Source: Octopus vulgaris | Taxonomy: Eukaryota | Assembly: GCA_951406725.2 (NCBI GenBank) | Contig: OX597817.1 | Span: forward strand, 142,600,001 to 142,664,000 | Direction: 5' to 3' | DNA length: 64,000 nucleotides | Shown: positions 26,606 to 41,535 of the stretch, piece after piece | How positions within the stretch are numbered: the first letter of the stretch is position 1 | Layout: every line of letters begins with the position of its first letter | The notes under the pieces: model-generated | What the model was told of the DNA's origin: nothing | What the model saw: only the letters and a program-made list of their open reading frames with translations | The model's database searches: none | Made by a program: the position numbers and the translations under genes

Positions 26606-27750
26606 CATTTCAATTACAATCATATTAGAACCTCGCAACATATACACCGACATGTTGTATATGTCACAAAACTTCCTACAAACTTCGTTCAAAGAGGATT
26701 TCTTCGTAACACCTCTTAACACATACATTTACAGTTAGACTTCAGACAAACCGAAAGCATTGCTTCATTTTCTTCGATCTAACACTCTACTTATTAATTC
26801 CATTCATAATTGGATTGGAAATTCTCGTACGCGAACTATTGAATCCCACTGATTCCTTATCTTCCGCTTAAGCTCACTTGTTCTTGATAAAATATTAATG
26901 TACATGTTAATTTTAATATATTTAGGCTTCGTACTACATTTCTGTATCCAATAATCATTAATCTAACATTTATTATCAATATTGTATATATTCATTATTT
27001 GCAATTTATTAGTTTCCATTATAATATTTAATGCATAATCTCCCCCCACCCCCGCCGATAAACTGTATGAACTTTTTAATACAACCTGGCAGCCATATTT
27101 CTTAAATTCATTATCAGCGGCGGAATATATAAGATGGTTTCCCGAGAGGCAGTTTGCATGTGTGTATATACTTATATCAATTTAAATAATTTTATGTAAA
27201 TGCTTAAATGTTGATTATATAGACGTGCGTTTTCGTGTAGAGACAGATTGGGATATAAACAGATATCTCTACAGGAGAATAAATTTTAATATTTTTTGTG
27301 GGAATTAATTTTGAAAGTGAAGGACGCATTTACTTGCAAAGACGCCGCAGATGTGGAGACTTTCTGCGCATGCTTACTGTTCAGCTTGCCATTACAGTTG
27401 CGTATTTGAGAGATGTCTCCTTCATTTGTGAATATGTGATCACTTGGTCGAGCAGAATATCAGATGTCTGGTCACAGTGCGCTGTGCATCGTTTTAGCTT
27501 TCGAAAGCTGCTAGGAGAGTATGCCATCATTCTCGTCGCAAGGTCACCCATTCTTTGATGGAACTGGAAACAACTTGAAATGGAGGGTTTTGCTCAAAAT
27601 CAAACCAAGCAACCGGCCCAGGAATCAAGACCATGGTCGTGAGATCGTGAGTACAACACCCCTAACCAGTGGGCTACGCGCCTATCGCGGAGGGTTTTGG
27701 AACGTAATACCCATAATAGTCGAGGTATTAGTGTATGTGTATTCTTATAA

Positions 27751-27962
27751 AGACGACGAGCTGGCAGAACCGTTAGCACATCGGGCGAAATGTTTAGCGG
27801 TATTTTGTCTGTCTTTACGTTCTGGGTTCAAATTTCGCCGCAGTCGACATTGCCTTTCATCTTTTCATAGTCGATAAATTAAGTACCGGTTGCGAATTGG
27901 GGTCGATTTAATCAACTGCCCCCTCCTCCAAAATTTCGGGCCTTGTGCCTAGAGTAGAAAAG

Positions 27963-28032
<70 letters not shown>

Positions 28033-28034
28033 CT

Positions 28035-28132
<98 letters not shown>

Positions 28133-28346
28133 GGCAGTGAGCTGGCAGAATCGTTAGCACACTAGACGAAATGCATGTCGGTATTTCGCCCGTCGCTTTG
28201 TTCTGAGTTCCAATTTCGCCGAAGTCGATTTCTACATTTCATCCTTTCGGGGTCGATAAATTAAGTACCAGTGAAACACTGGGGTCGATGTAATCGATCA
28301 ACTCCCTCCCTCCAGATTTCATTCCATGTGCCTACAGCAAACAGGA
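27751..28346 (+). mobile_element. Two family A SINEs (27751-27963 and 28133-28346) separated by an (ATT)n/(ATC)n tract
   Basis: Family A head and core; tail A1 runs directly into (ATT)n at 27963-28130. Confidence 0.85.
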
Positions 28347-29196
28347 TTATGTGTATTCTTATATATCTAGATGCATGCAGAGAGAGAAAGCGTTACGCTT
28401 ACATGCACGAGTGCATATGTAGATGTATAAATGCACTAAACACCAATTTTCCTATTTGCGTATCTGCATATATTTTATGTGTTTGTATAAATACATTTAT
28501 AATTTAACTTATGAATATTCATGATATACACGCATTCATTAATACATACATATGTTTGTTTTGTTCATGCATGTATATATCATATCTGTTTGTATATAAC
28601 TCAATAAATACGCTCGTATAAGTTATTCTCCATGTGCATGTTCTTCTAGATATTAGCATAATCTACGTCATCTTCCCAACACTATCTTTCTAATATTTTA
28701 AGATATTTTTAACGGCTCCTCACACCTACATATTTTACATTAATTATATTGATTTATATAATGAAACGCTGCCATATTTTTGACACATTTGCACTTAAAA
28801 GGATTTTTCCAATATATATTTATACTCGTAGAGCTTCACTTAATGTACAGCAATTACACATCTTGCGTTTTTCTGCTTTTATTCTTCCCATTGATATATT
28901 TGAATTTTTCTCTCACACAGCACAAGGCTGTATTAGCTAAGGTCTTTGTATTATCAACAAGCGCGCACTTTCTTTCCTGTTCTCATACGATTTAATGACA
29001 CTCGTACATATATTTCAATCTCTTCTCTCTTACAGAAAAGTTTTATTCTCTTGCACGAAAATATCCAGATAAGAGAACTAAGTTTAAGTTTTATGGGCAA
29101 ATACTCAGAGTAGCATGAATACACGGTGGACGGAGATAGAAGTGACGTTCTGAGAGGGTGTAAAGGCGGTAAAAGTGAGAAAAGAGAGACAGACAC

Positions 29197-29248
<52 letters not shown>

Positions 29249-29576
29249 GTGATTGGGGATAAATATATAGACATATGCACATATATATACATACTTATAT
29301 ACACATTCGTATATCTATAAGTATGAATAAGTGGCCCCTTAACGTTATTCTCAATGTAACAGTGTGTGTGTGTGTATGCGTGACAAAGCTGTACCTTTCA
29401 ATTACTGTGGCAGCTCTTCCCTAAGGGTCCATCTAATTTCAGCCTCATAGTATGGATATCAACTGTGTCACGCACTGCGATCGATTCCCGAGACCTCGTA
29501 GCTAAGAAAACAACAAGCTTGTAAACATTTCTGCATTTCACACACACAAACACACACACACACACACATGCTTTCG

Positions 29577-29624
<48 letters not shown>

Positions 29625-29674
29625 ATGTATATATATATATTGAGAGAGAGAGAGAGAGTGAGGGAGGGAGAGTG

Positions 29675-29810
29675 GACGGGCTTCTTTCAGATAGTTTACC
29701 AAATTAACTCACAAGGCTTTGATCGGCTTGGGGTTCCAGTATAAAAACATTTGTCTAAGGCTCCATGTGGTTAGGAAGCAACCTTTTTTTACCACAGAGC
29801 CACACCTGTG
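29675..29810 (-). mobile_element. Family B SINE head fragment
   Basis: gacgggcttctttcag...cacaaggcttt...accacagagccacacctg. Confidence 0.65.
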
Positions 29811-29826
29811 GCCCTATAGTATATAG

Positions 29827-29828
<2 letters not shown>

Positions 29829-29885
<57 letters not shown>

Positions 29886-29995
29886 CATACATACATACAT
29901 ACATACATACATACACAAATATATATGTATATATATAAACGTGAGAGAGAGGAGAGACAAGGAGAAAACACATAGACAGACAGATAGACAGACAG

Positions 29996-30046
<51 letters not shown>

Positions 30047-30067
30047 CAGATAGACAGATAGACAGAC

Positions 30068-30157
<90 letters not shown>
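29829..30157. repeat. (TA)n-(TACA)n-(GA)n-(GATA)n compound microsatellite
   Basis: Directly visible; explains ORFs spanning 29755..30228. Confidence 0.95.
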
Positions 30158-30158
<1 letters not shown>

Positions 30159-30580
30159 GAAGGAGAAAAAAGAGGCATCGGTGGGAGATAATAGTTGGCA
30201 ACACTGACACCAGATTGCGTTCATTCACCTCATTGGTTCTTTTTTCTTTGATTTAACCATTTCTCTAACTTTCATCTTCTAGAAAATTACCGCTTTCATT
30301 GTCTTTGTACTCTTCTTAGAATGTTGTATCACGCTTCGTATGAAAATTATATACATTATATATCCACACACAAACATCAACACAACACTCACACACAGAT
30401 ATATATATATATATACACATGTAGATTGTAGGGTCTACGATCTTCAGAAATTCTCGACAGCAACTGCTTTCCAGCGTGTCATACACACAGGCATTTAAAC
30501 ATATCTAGAGTATGTGTGAGTGTGTGTGTGTATATATAGATAGATAGAAAGGGAAAGGGAGATGGAGAGAGAGAAAAAAG

Positions 30581-30652
<72 letters not shown>

Positions 30653-31167
30653 TATACACACACACACACACACGTATATATATATATATATATATAACCA
30701 AGAAGAAAGCAACAAGAATGGATCGGTAGTTTAGTACAATTGTTTCATACTATAAACATTTTATTTAAAGCTGCAAATATTACAGCAAATATAATGTCAA
30801 GTATTCTTCAGCTAAATTTCATATAGGTTTTCCAAACATCTTAGAGAGTGTAAATATCCTTATGAAGTTATAGGAGTGAGTTCCATGAATTTGAAGTAAT
30901 ATTCCAAGCCGACTGTATGTGTTTTCCAATAATACAAAGTTTTTAAAATTAATTATTGACATCCCAGAGAAGATAAATCTACTCATAAAGATGTGGGTAT
31001 ATGAACCAAGAAACACGAGGAGTGATACCGTTCAGACTACGGTTAAGTTCGCATCTGACTGTTGCAGACCAAATTCTATAGTAGCATGAAAGACAGCGGG
31101 GTAGGTTTAGCTGGAGCAAAGGACAGCAGGAGAAAAAAATATAATGGGGATGTAAGAATATATATCT

Positions 31168-31523
31168 CTTTTACTCTTTTACTCTTTTACTTGTTTCAGT
31201 CATTTGACTGCGCCCATGCTAGAGCACAGCATTTAGTCGAGTACATCGACCCCGGGACGTATTCTTTGTAAGCCTAGTACTTATTCTATCGGTCTCTTTT
31301 GCCGAACCACTAAGTTACGGGGACGTAAACACACCAGCATCGGTTGTCAAGCAATGCTAGGGGGACAAACACAGACACACAAACATACACACACACACAC
31401 ACATGCATATACATATATATACATATATACGACAGGCTTCTTTCAGTTTCCGTCTACCAAATCCACTCACAAGGCATTGTTCGGCCCGGGGCTATAGCAG
31501 AAGACACTTGCCCCAGATGCCAC
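31168..31523 (-). mobile_element. Family B tRNA-derived SINE with internal microsatellite, 5'-truncated
   Basis: Homologous to 42989-43371; plus-strand (ctctttta)n end. Confidence 0.9.
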
Positions 31524-32027
31524 TGGAACTATAAAAATCTGTAAAACTTTTCAAAAGTTTATCATTTAAGTATATATGAGCATGTCTAGACATGTAACTA
31601 AATGCATGAAAAAACATACATAAAACATTCACATCTGCACATACATACAAACATACAAACATACATACATACATACATGCATACATACATACATACATAC
31701 ATACGTGCATGCACACATACATACATACATACATACATACATACATACATACATACATACATACATACATACATACATACATACATACATACGTGCATGC
31801 ATAAATACAAACATACCCTGTTGTTGATGTCAAAATTCCAATGAAGGGGCCTTGACTCTAGGTTAGAAACCGGTTCTTTATTGGTAAGAAATCTTGAAAT
31901 AAAACTGAATGTTTTACATACATGCATACATACGTACATGCATAAATACATATATACTTACATACATATGTACATACATATTATGCATACATACATATGT
32001 ACGTACATAAATACATACATACATACA

Positions 32028-32058
<31 letters not shown>

Positions 32059-32303
32059 TATGTTTGCGTGAATAAAAATGCCTAATTATTTTTATGTACA
32101 AATACCTCTTCATATATTTAAATAACGGAATGTTTTGTGGGAACCGGATGCAATGCCTCTCAATAACCAGTAATTATATTCCAGGCTGAAAATACTTTGA
32201 CAAGTCTCAGCATTTCGTGGTCTGCCTCATCTGAAGAGACGAGGATGGAAGCAAATGGTTATTGCCAAACATTAAAACTTTCAGCTCTCAATGCACGTGA
32301 GTG

Positions 32304-32404
<101 letters not shown>

Positions 32405-33015
32405 CTGTGCATGTGCGAGCGTGTTTTCGTTGTTGATGCTTGTATGCACATAAGTTTTATTTGAAACACGTTAGGAGAAAGACAACAGAAATGAAAGCGA
32501 AAGATAATGTAATTGGCAATTGTCTACAAAACAAAATAAGTATAAATGGACAAAAGAAAGAAATGATGACCCATTGAGGGGAAAGATCGCGATATGATAT
32601 CTGAGTTGCTGACTTTTACTCTCAGATTCCTTAAAATATTCTTTATATAGCATAACTATTTATATATATATAGGTTGCTAGATCGGATTGTGGTTATTCT
32701 AGAATGTAGGAGAACAATTATCCATTTAGGTACTCAAAGAATATATAAAAGACGGTGATCTTTTTTCTAAAGGCGGTAAATATGGTAATAACATGCGTGC
32801 CAATACGAGGATCTGTGAATATGTAAATGAGTTGAAATTGTAACGATAGAGGGCAGTGGATCGATTCACATCGCACGAAAGCTTCCTACAGCTACAAGTC
32901 ATTCGGCAGTATAATTATGCAGGCATGACATTTAGAGATGCATAAGTTATATACGTATGTATATATATATATTGTATGTGTGTATATGTATATATACAGA
33001 TGTAGATATATGTAT

Positions 33016-33066
<51 letters not shown>

Positions 33067-33286
33067 CATACATACATATATCTGTATGTATTATGTATAT
33101 ATGTATACCAGGATATATATGTACATATACATACATATACACATATTCATATACATACGTACAGAGATGTATACAGCTATATAAATATAATCATACTTAA
33201 ATTTATAAATAAATATATATCTTTACACACAGACATAATATATATATGTACATACACACGCACATGCATAATATATATATTTACAT

Positions 33287-33353
<67 letters not shown>

Positions 33354-33685
33354 CGCACATACACATAAACATTCCCAGTTAATATACGTCTAGATTTGTC
33401 ATTTATAAATATTCCTGTTCTTTAATTCGTGTTGTTCTTCCTCCCCAGCGCCTTCATTATTCCCACCAATTTTCTAAATACGAACGCACTGTATGTATTC
33501 TTCTGCCACAGCTGGAAGTATTGTTTTGCTTTGTTGAAAGGTACGCATGACCTGTAAATAGACAGTTTATTTGCACCTTCTTGGAAGAGTATTATCATTG
33601 CGCATTATCTCTCGGCTATTTTCGTCTTAAATATACAGAATATCTCTGTGCTTTCTAGCTTTCTAGCTAAATGATTGAAATTATC

Positions 33686-33743
<58 letters not shown>

Positions 33744-33746
<3 letters not shown>

Positions 33747-33948
33747 CGGGAAGCTTTATGAAAATAGACAAAAGACGAAGGCAGGTGGAAAACAAACGAA
33801 CAATTGTATTAGTATGGCGCTCAGGAAATATAAATAAAACAAGTCTTTAACGTTTCGAGCCTACGCTCTTCAACAGAAAGATACACAGAGAGAAAAAAAC
33901 ACAGAAAGAAGGAGAGAAAAAAAATGCGTGCAGTAGCTAACGAATCAA
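33744..33948 (-). mobile_element. Family D repeat adjoining (TA)n
   Basis: ctttaacgtttcgagcctacgctcttcaacagaaag. Confidence 0.75.
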
Positions 33949-34040
33949 CATTCATATATTCATATATTTGTGTATGTGTGTGTGTGTGTATCCATATATT
34001 TATACACACCACACCATACACAGAGATAGACAGATAAACT

Positions 34041-34114
<74 letters not shown>

Positions 34115-34402
34115 GCGTTCGATTGTAGATCTTTTAGTGTGATAAACTATTCACGCTGAGGTTAGTTCTTAATCATAACACGTTCCGTTGCCTTCTGATT
34201 TCAAATTGCACCAAGTTCATATTTGCCCCCGGACCATCAGAGTTAATTAAACAAAGAATCAGTACGCCGTCTATATATACAACAAGGTACAACACGCTTG
34301 GCATGATTTTGTACATTTTTCTTCTACAAGAATGTACTTGCCTTGTATTGCTTTCCATAGATTCTGCCGGGTATTAAATTGTTAAGGCGAAGATTGTTAA
34401 TA

Positions 34403-34880
34403 AGGGTGGGCTTCGGTGTGTATTTAAGAATCTTGTTTTGAAGTCACGTGGTTTCATGTTCAATCCCAATGCACGGTACCTTGGGCAAGTGTCATCGACT
34501 ATGTCCCTGAGCGGGTTAATGCTTTGTGAGTGAATTTCGTAGATGGAAATTGAAAGAAGCCTGTCGTGTGTGTGTGTGTGTGTATGTGTGTGTGTGTGTG
34601 TTTGTGTGTGAGTGTTTGTATGCGTGCGTGTGTGTGTGTGTGTGAGTGTAACAGGGGCCTGTGAGTGTGCATGTGCGTGTGTGTTTATGTATGTGGTCGA
34701 GTGTGTGTCTTCGTGTGTATCTTTGTCCCACACACCACTTGCCAGCCGGTATTCATCAGCTTACGTCCCCGTAATTTAGCAGTTTCGCAAAAGTAAAAAC
34801 GGATAGAATAGGTGTCGAAATTTCAAGAAGATATGTTCTTGTATCGATGGATCGATTTGTCCGATTAAGCTTTTGTTAAG
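34403..34880 (+). mobile_element. Degenerate family B SINE
   Basis: accttgggcaagtgtc...gtgaatttcgtagatggaaattgaaagaagcctgtcg(TG)n...ttacgtccccgtaatttagc. Confidence 0.75.
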
Positions 34881-35142
34881 TGCCAGTGGCGATATTGTCC
34901 GAACCCTGGTCGCCACTGATATGTCCCATGATGAGCACATATTTCGTCGTCTCTACGGAACTGGACCGAACGGCCTACCTTCGCCGACCGACCCTACTGA
35001 CTGTGTCAGTCCACTATTTATTCGCAGTGGACCAGCCCAATTCGTCCCCTAGGGGCGTCCGCCACAACAGCTTTTCAATGCGGAATCCAAAATGGCCGCA
35101 CCCCAAAGACCGTAACCCCTAAAAGATGAGCAACATATACTA

Positions 35143-35492
35143 TTTACTCTCTTTTACTCTTGTTTCAGTCATTTGAGTGTGGCTATGCTGGAGCACCGCC
35201 TTTAGTCGAGCAAATTGACCCCAGGACTTATTCTTTGCAAGCCTAGTACTTATTCTATCGGTTTCTTTTGCCGAACCGCTAAGTTACGGGGACGTAAACA
35301 TACCAGCATCGGTTGTCAAGCGATGTGGGGGAGACAAACACAGACACACAAACACACACACACACACATATATATACATATATACGACGGGCTTCTTTCA
35401 GTTTCTGTCTACCAAATCCACTCACAAGGCTTTGGTCGGTCCGAGGCTATAGTAGAAAACACTTGCCCAAGGTGCCACGCAGTGGGACTGAA
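35143..35492 (-). mobile_element. Family B SINE, 5'-truncated
   Basis: Close match to 42989-43371 and 60248-60676. Confidence 0.9.
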
Positions 35493-36365
35493 ATAAGACT
35501 TGTCAAATCATATATATGTGTGTGCGTGTGTGTATATGTATGATGTGTGTGCGTATGTGCGTGCATGTGTGTGTGTATGTGCGTGGCCGTGTGTGTGTCT
35601 GTATGTATGAGTGTTCGTGTGTGTGTGTATTTAATTATGTTTATACATTTTCAATTCGGTGTGATTGTTTATCTGGAGAGGAAATTGTCTATTTTTAGAC
35701 GCCTAAAAGTACAGAAAACTCTACTCTATGCAGTGTTAACATCGATATAAGAAGAAGCATCGTCTCCGTTTCATTGTAACTAATTAATTGTTTCCATAAA
35801 TTCTGAAATCTTCCAGATGATTACTTCACTTAATCCACATCTAATTAACACATAGCAATTCGTACAAGAATTTTAAACTCAATTACTATCCGCAAGATAC
35901 AGACTCCTGACAATGTTTGGTGCCTATGCCGTGTGATCAAAGTAATTTACTGTTCTTTCACATCTGTATTTTAAATGATCTGTGTACGTAAACTAATCTA
36001 CAGTGGATTAATGAGATCTAGTCTTCTCTGGATTAATGAGACCTTTACAAATTAGAAGTTTCGCTTGGAGAAGGCAATTATGAAGACACACGAGCTCGGT
36101 TCAATTTGTAACTCTGCAAGTTGCATGTTTGAGTTTTCATCTTAATCAATATGATTCAATCATTAGTCAAATTAATGCTGTAGTAGTCACACATTAAGCT
36201 TGCTCAAACTGTACAATGAATAGAAGCATTCCATCCATGAACATCTCTTCTTTTTATCTCTAGATGTCAGCTTATATCACTAGATATCCTACGTCAATAA
36301 CAAATAATATAAATATAGTTAATTAGTTTTTAGAATAAAGCTGTAAATAATTTCCACAAGGGCAG

Positions 36366-36948
36366 CTTGGGGGAAAAGATTAAGTCGAGTACAACGATCC
36401 CAGTGTGTCACTGGTACTAAATTTATCGACCCCGAAAGGATGAAAGGTAAAGTCGACCTCGGCGAACTTTGAACTCAGAACGCAAAGACAGACGGAATAC
36501 CGCTAAGCGTTTGGTCCGGCGTGCTAATGTTTCTTATTTCTTTATTGCCAACATGGGGCTAAACATAGCGGGGAACAAACAAGGAGAGACAAAGGGATTA
36601 AGTCGATTACATCGACCCCAAAAGGATGAAAAGTAAAGTCGACCTGGACGAAATTTGAACTCAGAATGTAGCGACGGGCGAAATATTGCGAAGCATTCCG
36701 TCCAGCGTGCTAGCCATTCTGCCAGCTCGCTGACTTGGATGAAGATATAAATAATTCTTTCTACTTTAGGCGCAAGGCCTAAAATTTGGGGGATGGGAGA
36801 CAATCGATTACATCGACCCCAGTGCGTAACTTATACTTAATTTATCGACCCCGAAATGATGAAAGGTAAAGTCGACCTCGACGGAATTTGTACTCAAAAC
36901 GCAGCGACGGGAGAAATACCGATAAGCATTTTATCCGGCCTGCTAACA
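36366..36948 (-). mobile_element. Three tandem family A SINEs (tails A1 and A2)
   Basis: Three copies of tcgaccc..aaaggatgaaa..taaagtcgacct. Confidence 0.88.
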
Positions 36949-37189
36949 GAAGGATTGTAAATACTGGGTCATAAATCTTTTCGGACAGGAAAGATTCGAA
37001 GGCTGCCCGTGGTTGTATATATTTGTGGTTGTATGGGCTTCCATATATCTAATTCCAGATAAACCCGATCGGATAAATCTGTGGTCAGTGGCAGTCCATT
37101 GATGACTATATCTTCTCTCCTTTCAGAGATATTATATCCAGAACAAGCTTAGTCAATACAGTTCTGAGGAATTACGTATATTATTTAGG

Positions 37190-37584
<395 letters not shown>

Positions 37585-37644
37585 GGGCATATGGCGCAGT
37601 GGTTAACAGCATTGTTGTTAAGATTCCGAGTTCGATTCCAGGCC

Positions 37645-37699
<55 letters not shown>

Positions 37700-37865
37700 T
37701 AATAATCATAACATCGAAAAATATCTTAGGAATGAGAACCCATGTACGAAATTTCCCCCAAGACACCTGATGGAAGCTGGAGGGTATATCAGCCGAAACG
37801 TTGTGTTAACAACAAACAAGATGAGAACAAATATCCGTCGAAATAGGAATAATGTAAATAATGTA
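37585..37865 (+). mobile_element. tRNA head + (AAT)n + hammerhead-tail element (family G), plus copy
   Basis: A box TGGCGCAGTGG 37592-37602, B box GTTCGATTCC 37630-37639, (AAT)n, then a tail that is the inverted homologue of 37190-37330; hammerhead-like fold at 37762-37807. Confidence 0.78.
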
Positions 37866-38176
37866 AAACTTAGTCAAGGTTATTCAACTTTTAACATAAT
37901 AGCGTGAGGTTTGAAATATATTTAGTTGATATTTCTAGCATTGCGAGCGGTCACGTTCTGCCTTGTTGGCCACTTATTACTTTTACTTTCATTGGCTTCA
38001 CTCATTAGACTGCGGCCATGCTGGGGCACCATCAGTAAGAAGTGCACCAAAAGCGTATTAGCTTGACCCTTGGTAGTAAAGAGAGAGAAGTTGACGTATC
38101 GAACAAAGCTATTCGTCGGAAAGGAGCAAGGGGAAAATTCCAAGAAGGAAAAAAATCGCCAACAACACGTGTGTAA

Positions 38177-38310
38177 TTACCTATTTCATCTGTGCGTGGC
38201 TAGCATGCCTATGGATGTTCAACATATTGCACCGTTCTAGAACGCAGTGTATTTCATACGTTATATACTAGCTGGCCCCGTGCCGTCAAAAATGAGGGTT
38301 AATTGTAGTA
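38177..38310 (+). repeat. Local direct repeat (second copy 39592-39735) ending in a Helitron-like CTAG/hairpin motif
   Basis: Both copies end tatatactagctg..ccgtgccgtcaaaaatgagggttaattgtagta. Confidence 0.8.
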
Positions 38311-38746
38311 ATTGCACCGATGACCAGGATTCTTTCGGGTTCCATACAGCAAAGCCAGTCACAAGGCTTTGGTAGGGGCGAAGCTGTAGCAGAGGACACC
38401 CAATGTGCGACGCATTGGAACTGGACACGGTTCCATCATGTTCTTGGAAAGCTTCCTACAAAAGAGCCACGCCTAAGCCTATTGACTAATGAAAAAAATA
38501 TTTATTTGTTTTTCTCTTGTTTGCACTACAAGTTACTTCTATTTTCATGCATAAGAAACTGATAGAATTCAAGATTAATGCTAGTCGTTCCATGTTTATA
38601 TGAATATCATTTACATATATACAATAGAATATTCAACGCTTCAATATTAAGCAACCGCCATGTTGTGACAGATATACAAAATATATTCACCATATTGATT
38701 TATTATAAAACACAAATACAAGTTCTAACATATGTACCTATATATA

Positions 38747-38964
38747 CTTCTTTATTGCCCACAGGGGGCTAAACATAGAGGGGACAGACACAAGGATTAA
38801 GCCGAATACATTGACCCCAGTGTGTAACTCGTACTTATTTAATCAACCCCGAAAGGATAAAAGCAAAGTCAAACTCGGCGGAATTTGAACTCAGAACATA
38901 GCGGCAGACGAAATATCGCTAAGCATTTCGCCCGGCGTGCTAACGATTCTACCAGCTCGCTGCC
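38747..38964 (-). mobile_element. Family A SINE with tail A2
   Basis: ttctttattgcccacagggggctaaac ... ccagctcgctgcc. Confidence 0.88.
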
Positions 38965-38982
38965 CTATGTATCTATATAGAT

Positions 38983-39405
38983 GCAGGCGTGGTTGCGTTG
39001 TAAGCTGCTTGCTTCCAAACCACAAGGTGCCGGTTTGAGTCCCACTGCGTGGTACCTTGGGCAAGTGTCTTCTAATGTAGCCTCGGGCTTACGGAAACCT
39101 TGTTAGTGGATTTGGTAGACGGAAACTGAAAGAAGCCCATCGTAAGTATGGATGTGTGTATATATGTGTGCGTATGTGTGTGTATGTATGTGTATGTATG
39201 TGTGTGTATGTGTGTGTGTGAGTACACCACAGCTTGACAACCGATGTTGGTGTATTTACCTTCCCGTAATGTAGCTGTTCTGCAAAAGAAACGGATAACA
39301 CGAATGTCAGGCTTATAAATATGTACGAGAGTTAATTCGTTCGTCTAAAATTCTTCAAAGCGTTGCCACAGCTTGGCCAAAACAAGTAAAAGGCGAAAGA
39401 TAAAG
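38983..39405 (+). mobile_element. Family B SINE
   Basis: gcaggcgtggttg...cccactgcgtggtaccttgggcaagtgtcttc...cttgacaaccgatg. Confidence 0.85.
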
Positions 39406-39848
39406 ATGTCGTGCACAGATGAGTGAGTGGTAAACAAGTAGTTCCCTTCTCAAACACGTAGTTGCAGGTTCGATCTTAATGCGTGGCACCCTGAAGAAAT
39501 TTTCTCTCTGATAGCCTCAAGAAGATCAATATCATATAGGAAGATTTATGAAACGGAAACTGCGTGAAAGCTCGAGCTGAGCTTATATTTTTTACCTATT
39601 TCATCTGTCCTACATCTGTCGTGTTTAGCATGCCTATGGGTCTTTAACATATTGCACCGTTCTAGAACGTAGTGTCATTCCTATATTATATACTAGCTGA
39701 CACCGTGCCGTCAAAAATGAGGGTTAATTGTAGTATTAGCTTTTAGTCTATTAATTCTTTTATTACCAAATTTATAATATATCTTTCACCTGCAGTCGTT
39801 TTATATTCTCGATACACTCAGGCAATAATTATATTCTCTAATGAGCTT

Positions 39849-40024
39849 GTGGCACTCCGTCGGTTACGACGACGAGGGTTCCATTTGATCCGATCAACGG
39901 AACAGCTTGCTCGTGAAATTAACGTGCAAGTGGCTGAGCACTCCACAGACACGTGTACCCTTAACGTAGTTCTCGGGGATAATCAGCGTGACACAGAGTG
40001 TGACAAGGCTGGCCCTTTGAAATA
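39849..40024 (-). mobile_element. Family C tail only (5'-truncated SINE or partner LINE end)
   Basis: Reverse complement of 18608-18783. Confidence 0.85.
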
Positions 40025-40229
40025 CACATACAAGACAAACAAGAAGAAAGAGTGAGATTTTTTCTTTGGAATAGAAAAAAAGTCTATCCTTATTTCTCCT
40101 TTTGCTGGTGTCTCAAATTTAGGTTAAATCAGTGTTTCTCAAAGGGACGGTCTGACAAGTGTTTTGAGAAAATTTGGTTTAAATGTTTGACAACTCAGCA
40201 CCGTCCATTGGACGGGAGGCGCTTTGCTC

Positions 40230-40276
<47 letters not shown>

Positions 40277-40884
40277 CGCATACATAATATAAACATACAT
40301 ACATACATACATACATACATACATACATACATACATACATACATACATACATACATACATACATACATACGACGTGCTTCTTTCAGCAGTTTCCGTGTAC
40401 CAATTCCACTAAGAGGAATTTGGTTGGCCCGAGGTTATCGTAGAACACACCTACTCAAAGTGCCGCTCAATAGGACCAAACCCGGAACCATGCGGTTGGA
40501 AAGCCACATGTCCACGTCTGCACACCCACACAGAGAAATACACACACACATACATATATATTGTATCTTTTATCTTGTACTTGTTTCAGACGTTATACTT
40601 CGGCTATGCTAGGGCACCGCCTCTAGGAATTTTAGTCGAACTAATCGACCTGAAGGCTTATCTTCTTTTTAAGTCCGGTACATTTATATGTGTGTATGTG
40701 TGAGTGTGTGTACGTGTGTGTGTGTGTGTATGTGTGTGTCTGTGCGTGTGTATGTGTGGGTATGTGTGTGTAAGTTTTCTATTTTTGATTTGCGCTGTGT
40801 GGTTGTTAATTTTGTGCATTCGCTATCTTCCAGTCTATGTAAGTGTATATATGTATGTATAGGTTAGTGTGTGTGTGAGAGAGA

Positions 40885-41165
40885 GAGGCAGACAGAAAAT
40901 GGGAGACAGACAGACAAACAGACAGAGAACGGTAGACAGACAGACATACAAACAGACAGAGAACGGTAGACAGACAAACAGACATAGAACGGTAACCAGA
41001 CAGACAGATAGACAGACAGACAGAGAGAGAACGGGAGACAGACAGACACACAGACAAACAGACAGAAAACGGGAGACAGACAGGCAGACAAACAGGCAGA
41101 CAGAGAACGGGGGATAGACAAACAAACAGACAGAAAACAGTAGACAGGCAGCCAGACAGACAGAC

Positions 41166-41260
<95 letters not shown>
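40885..41260. repeat. ~30-bp (GACA)n-GAGAACGG minisatellite followed by (GA)n
   Basis: Repeated gacagacagacaaacagacagagaacgg units. Confidence 0.85.
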
Positions 41261-41535
41261 AGACTTTCTTACTAAATGATATGGAAAACAAAAACCGCGG
41301 GGTTTAGGGGATTATATTTTCCTGGTAGAGGAAGCAAAGTTCGATGGTGGGTGTTGGTCGGAGGGATTGTTCGATCGTTTGGTTGATTTCCATTGCCATA
41401 GATCGAAACTTCATACACGATCATTGAACGCGGACATTCACGAGCATTGGGAAAATAATTATGCATAAATTACAGCAGAAGCGTATAATCAGCTTGTCAT
41501 ATGACTGTCACTGAAAAACGCTGACTGGTACTGTT

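Noticed and set aside
37585-37645. Functional tRNA gene
   Set aside because: A and B boxes are present but the anticodon arm is disrupted, there is no acceptor stem or oligo-T terminator, and it is fused to a repeat tail; treated as a SINE head. The same applies to the other tRNA-like heads.
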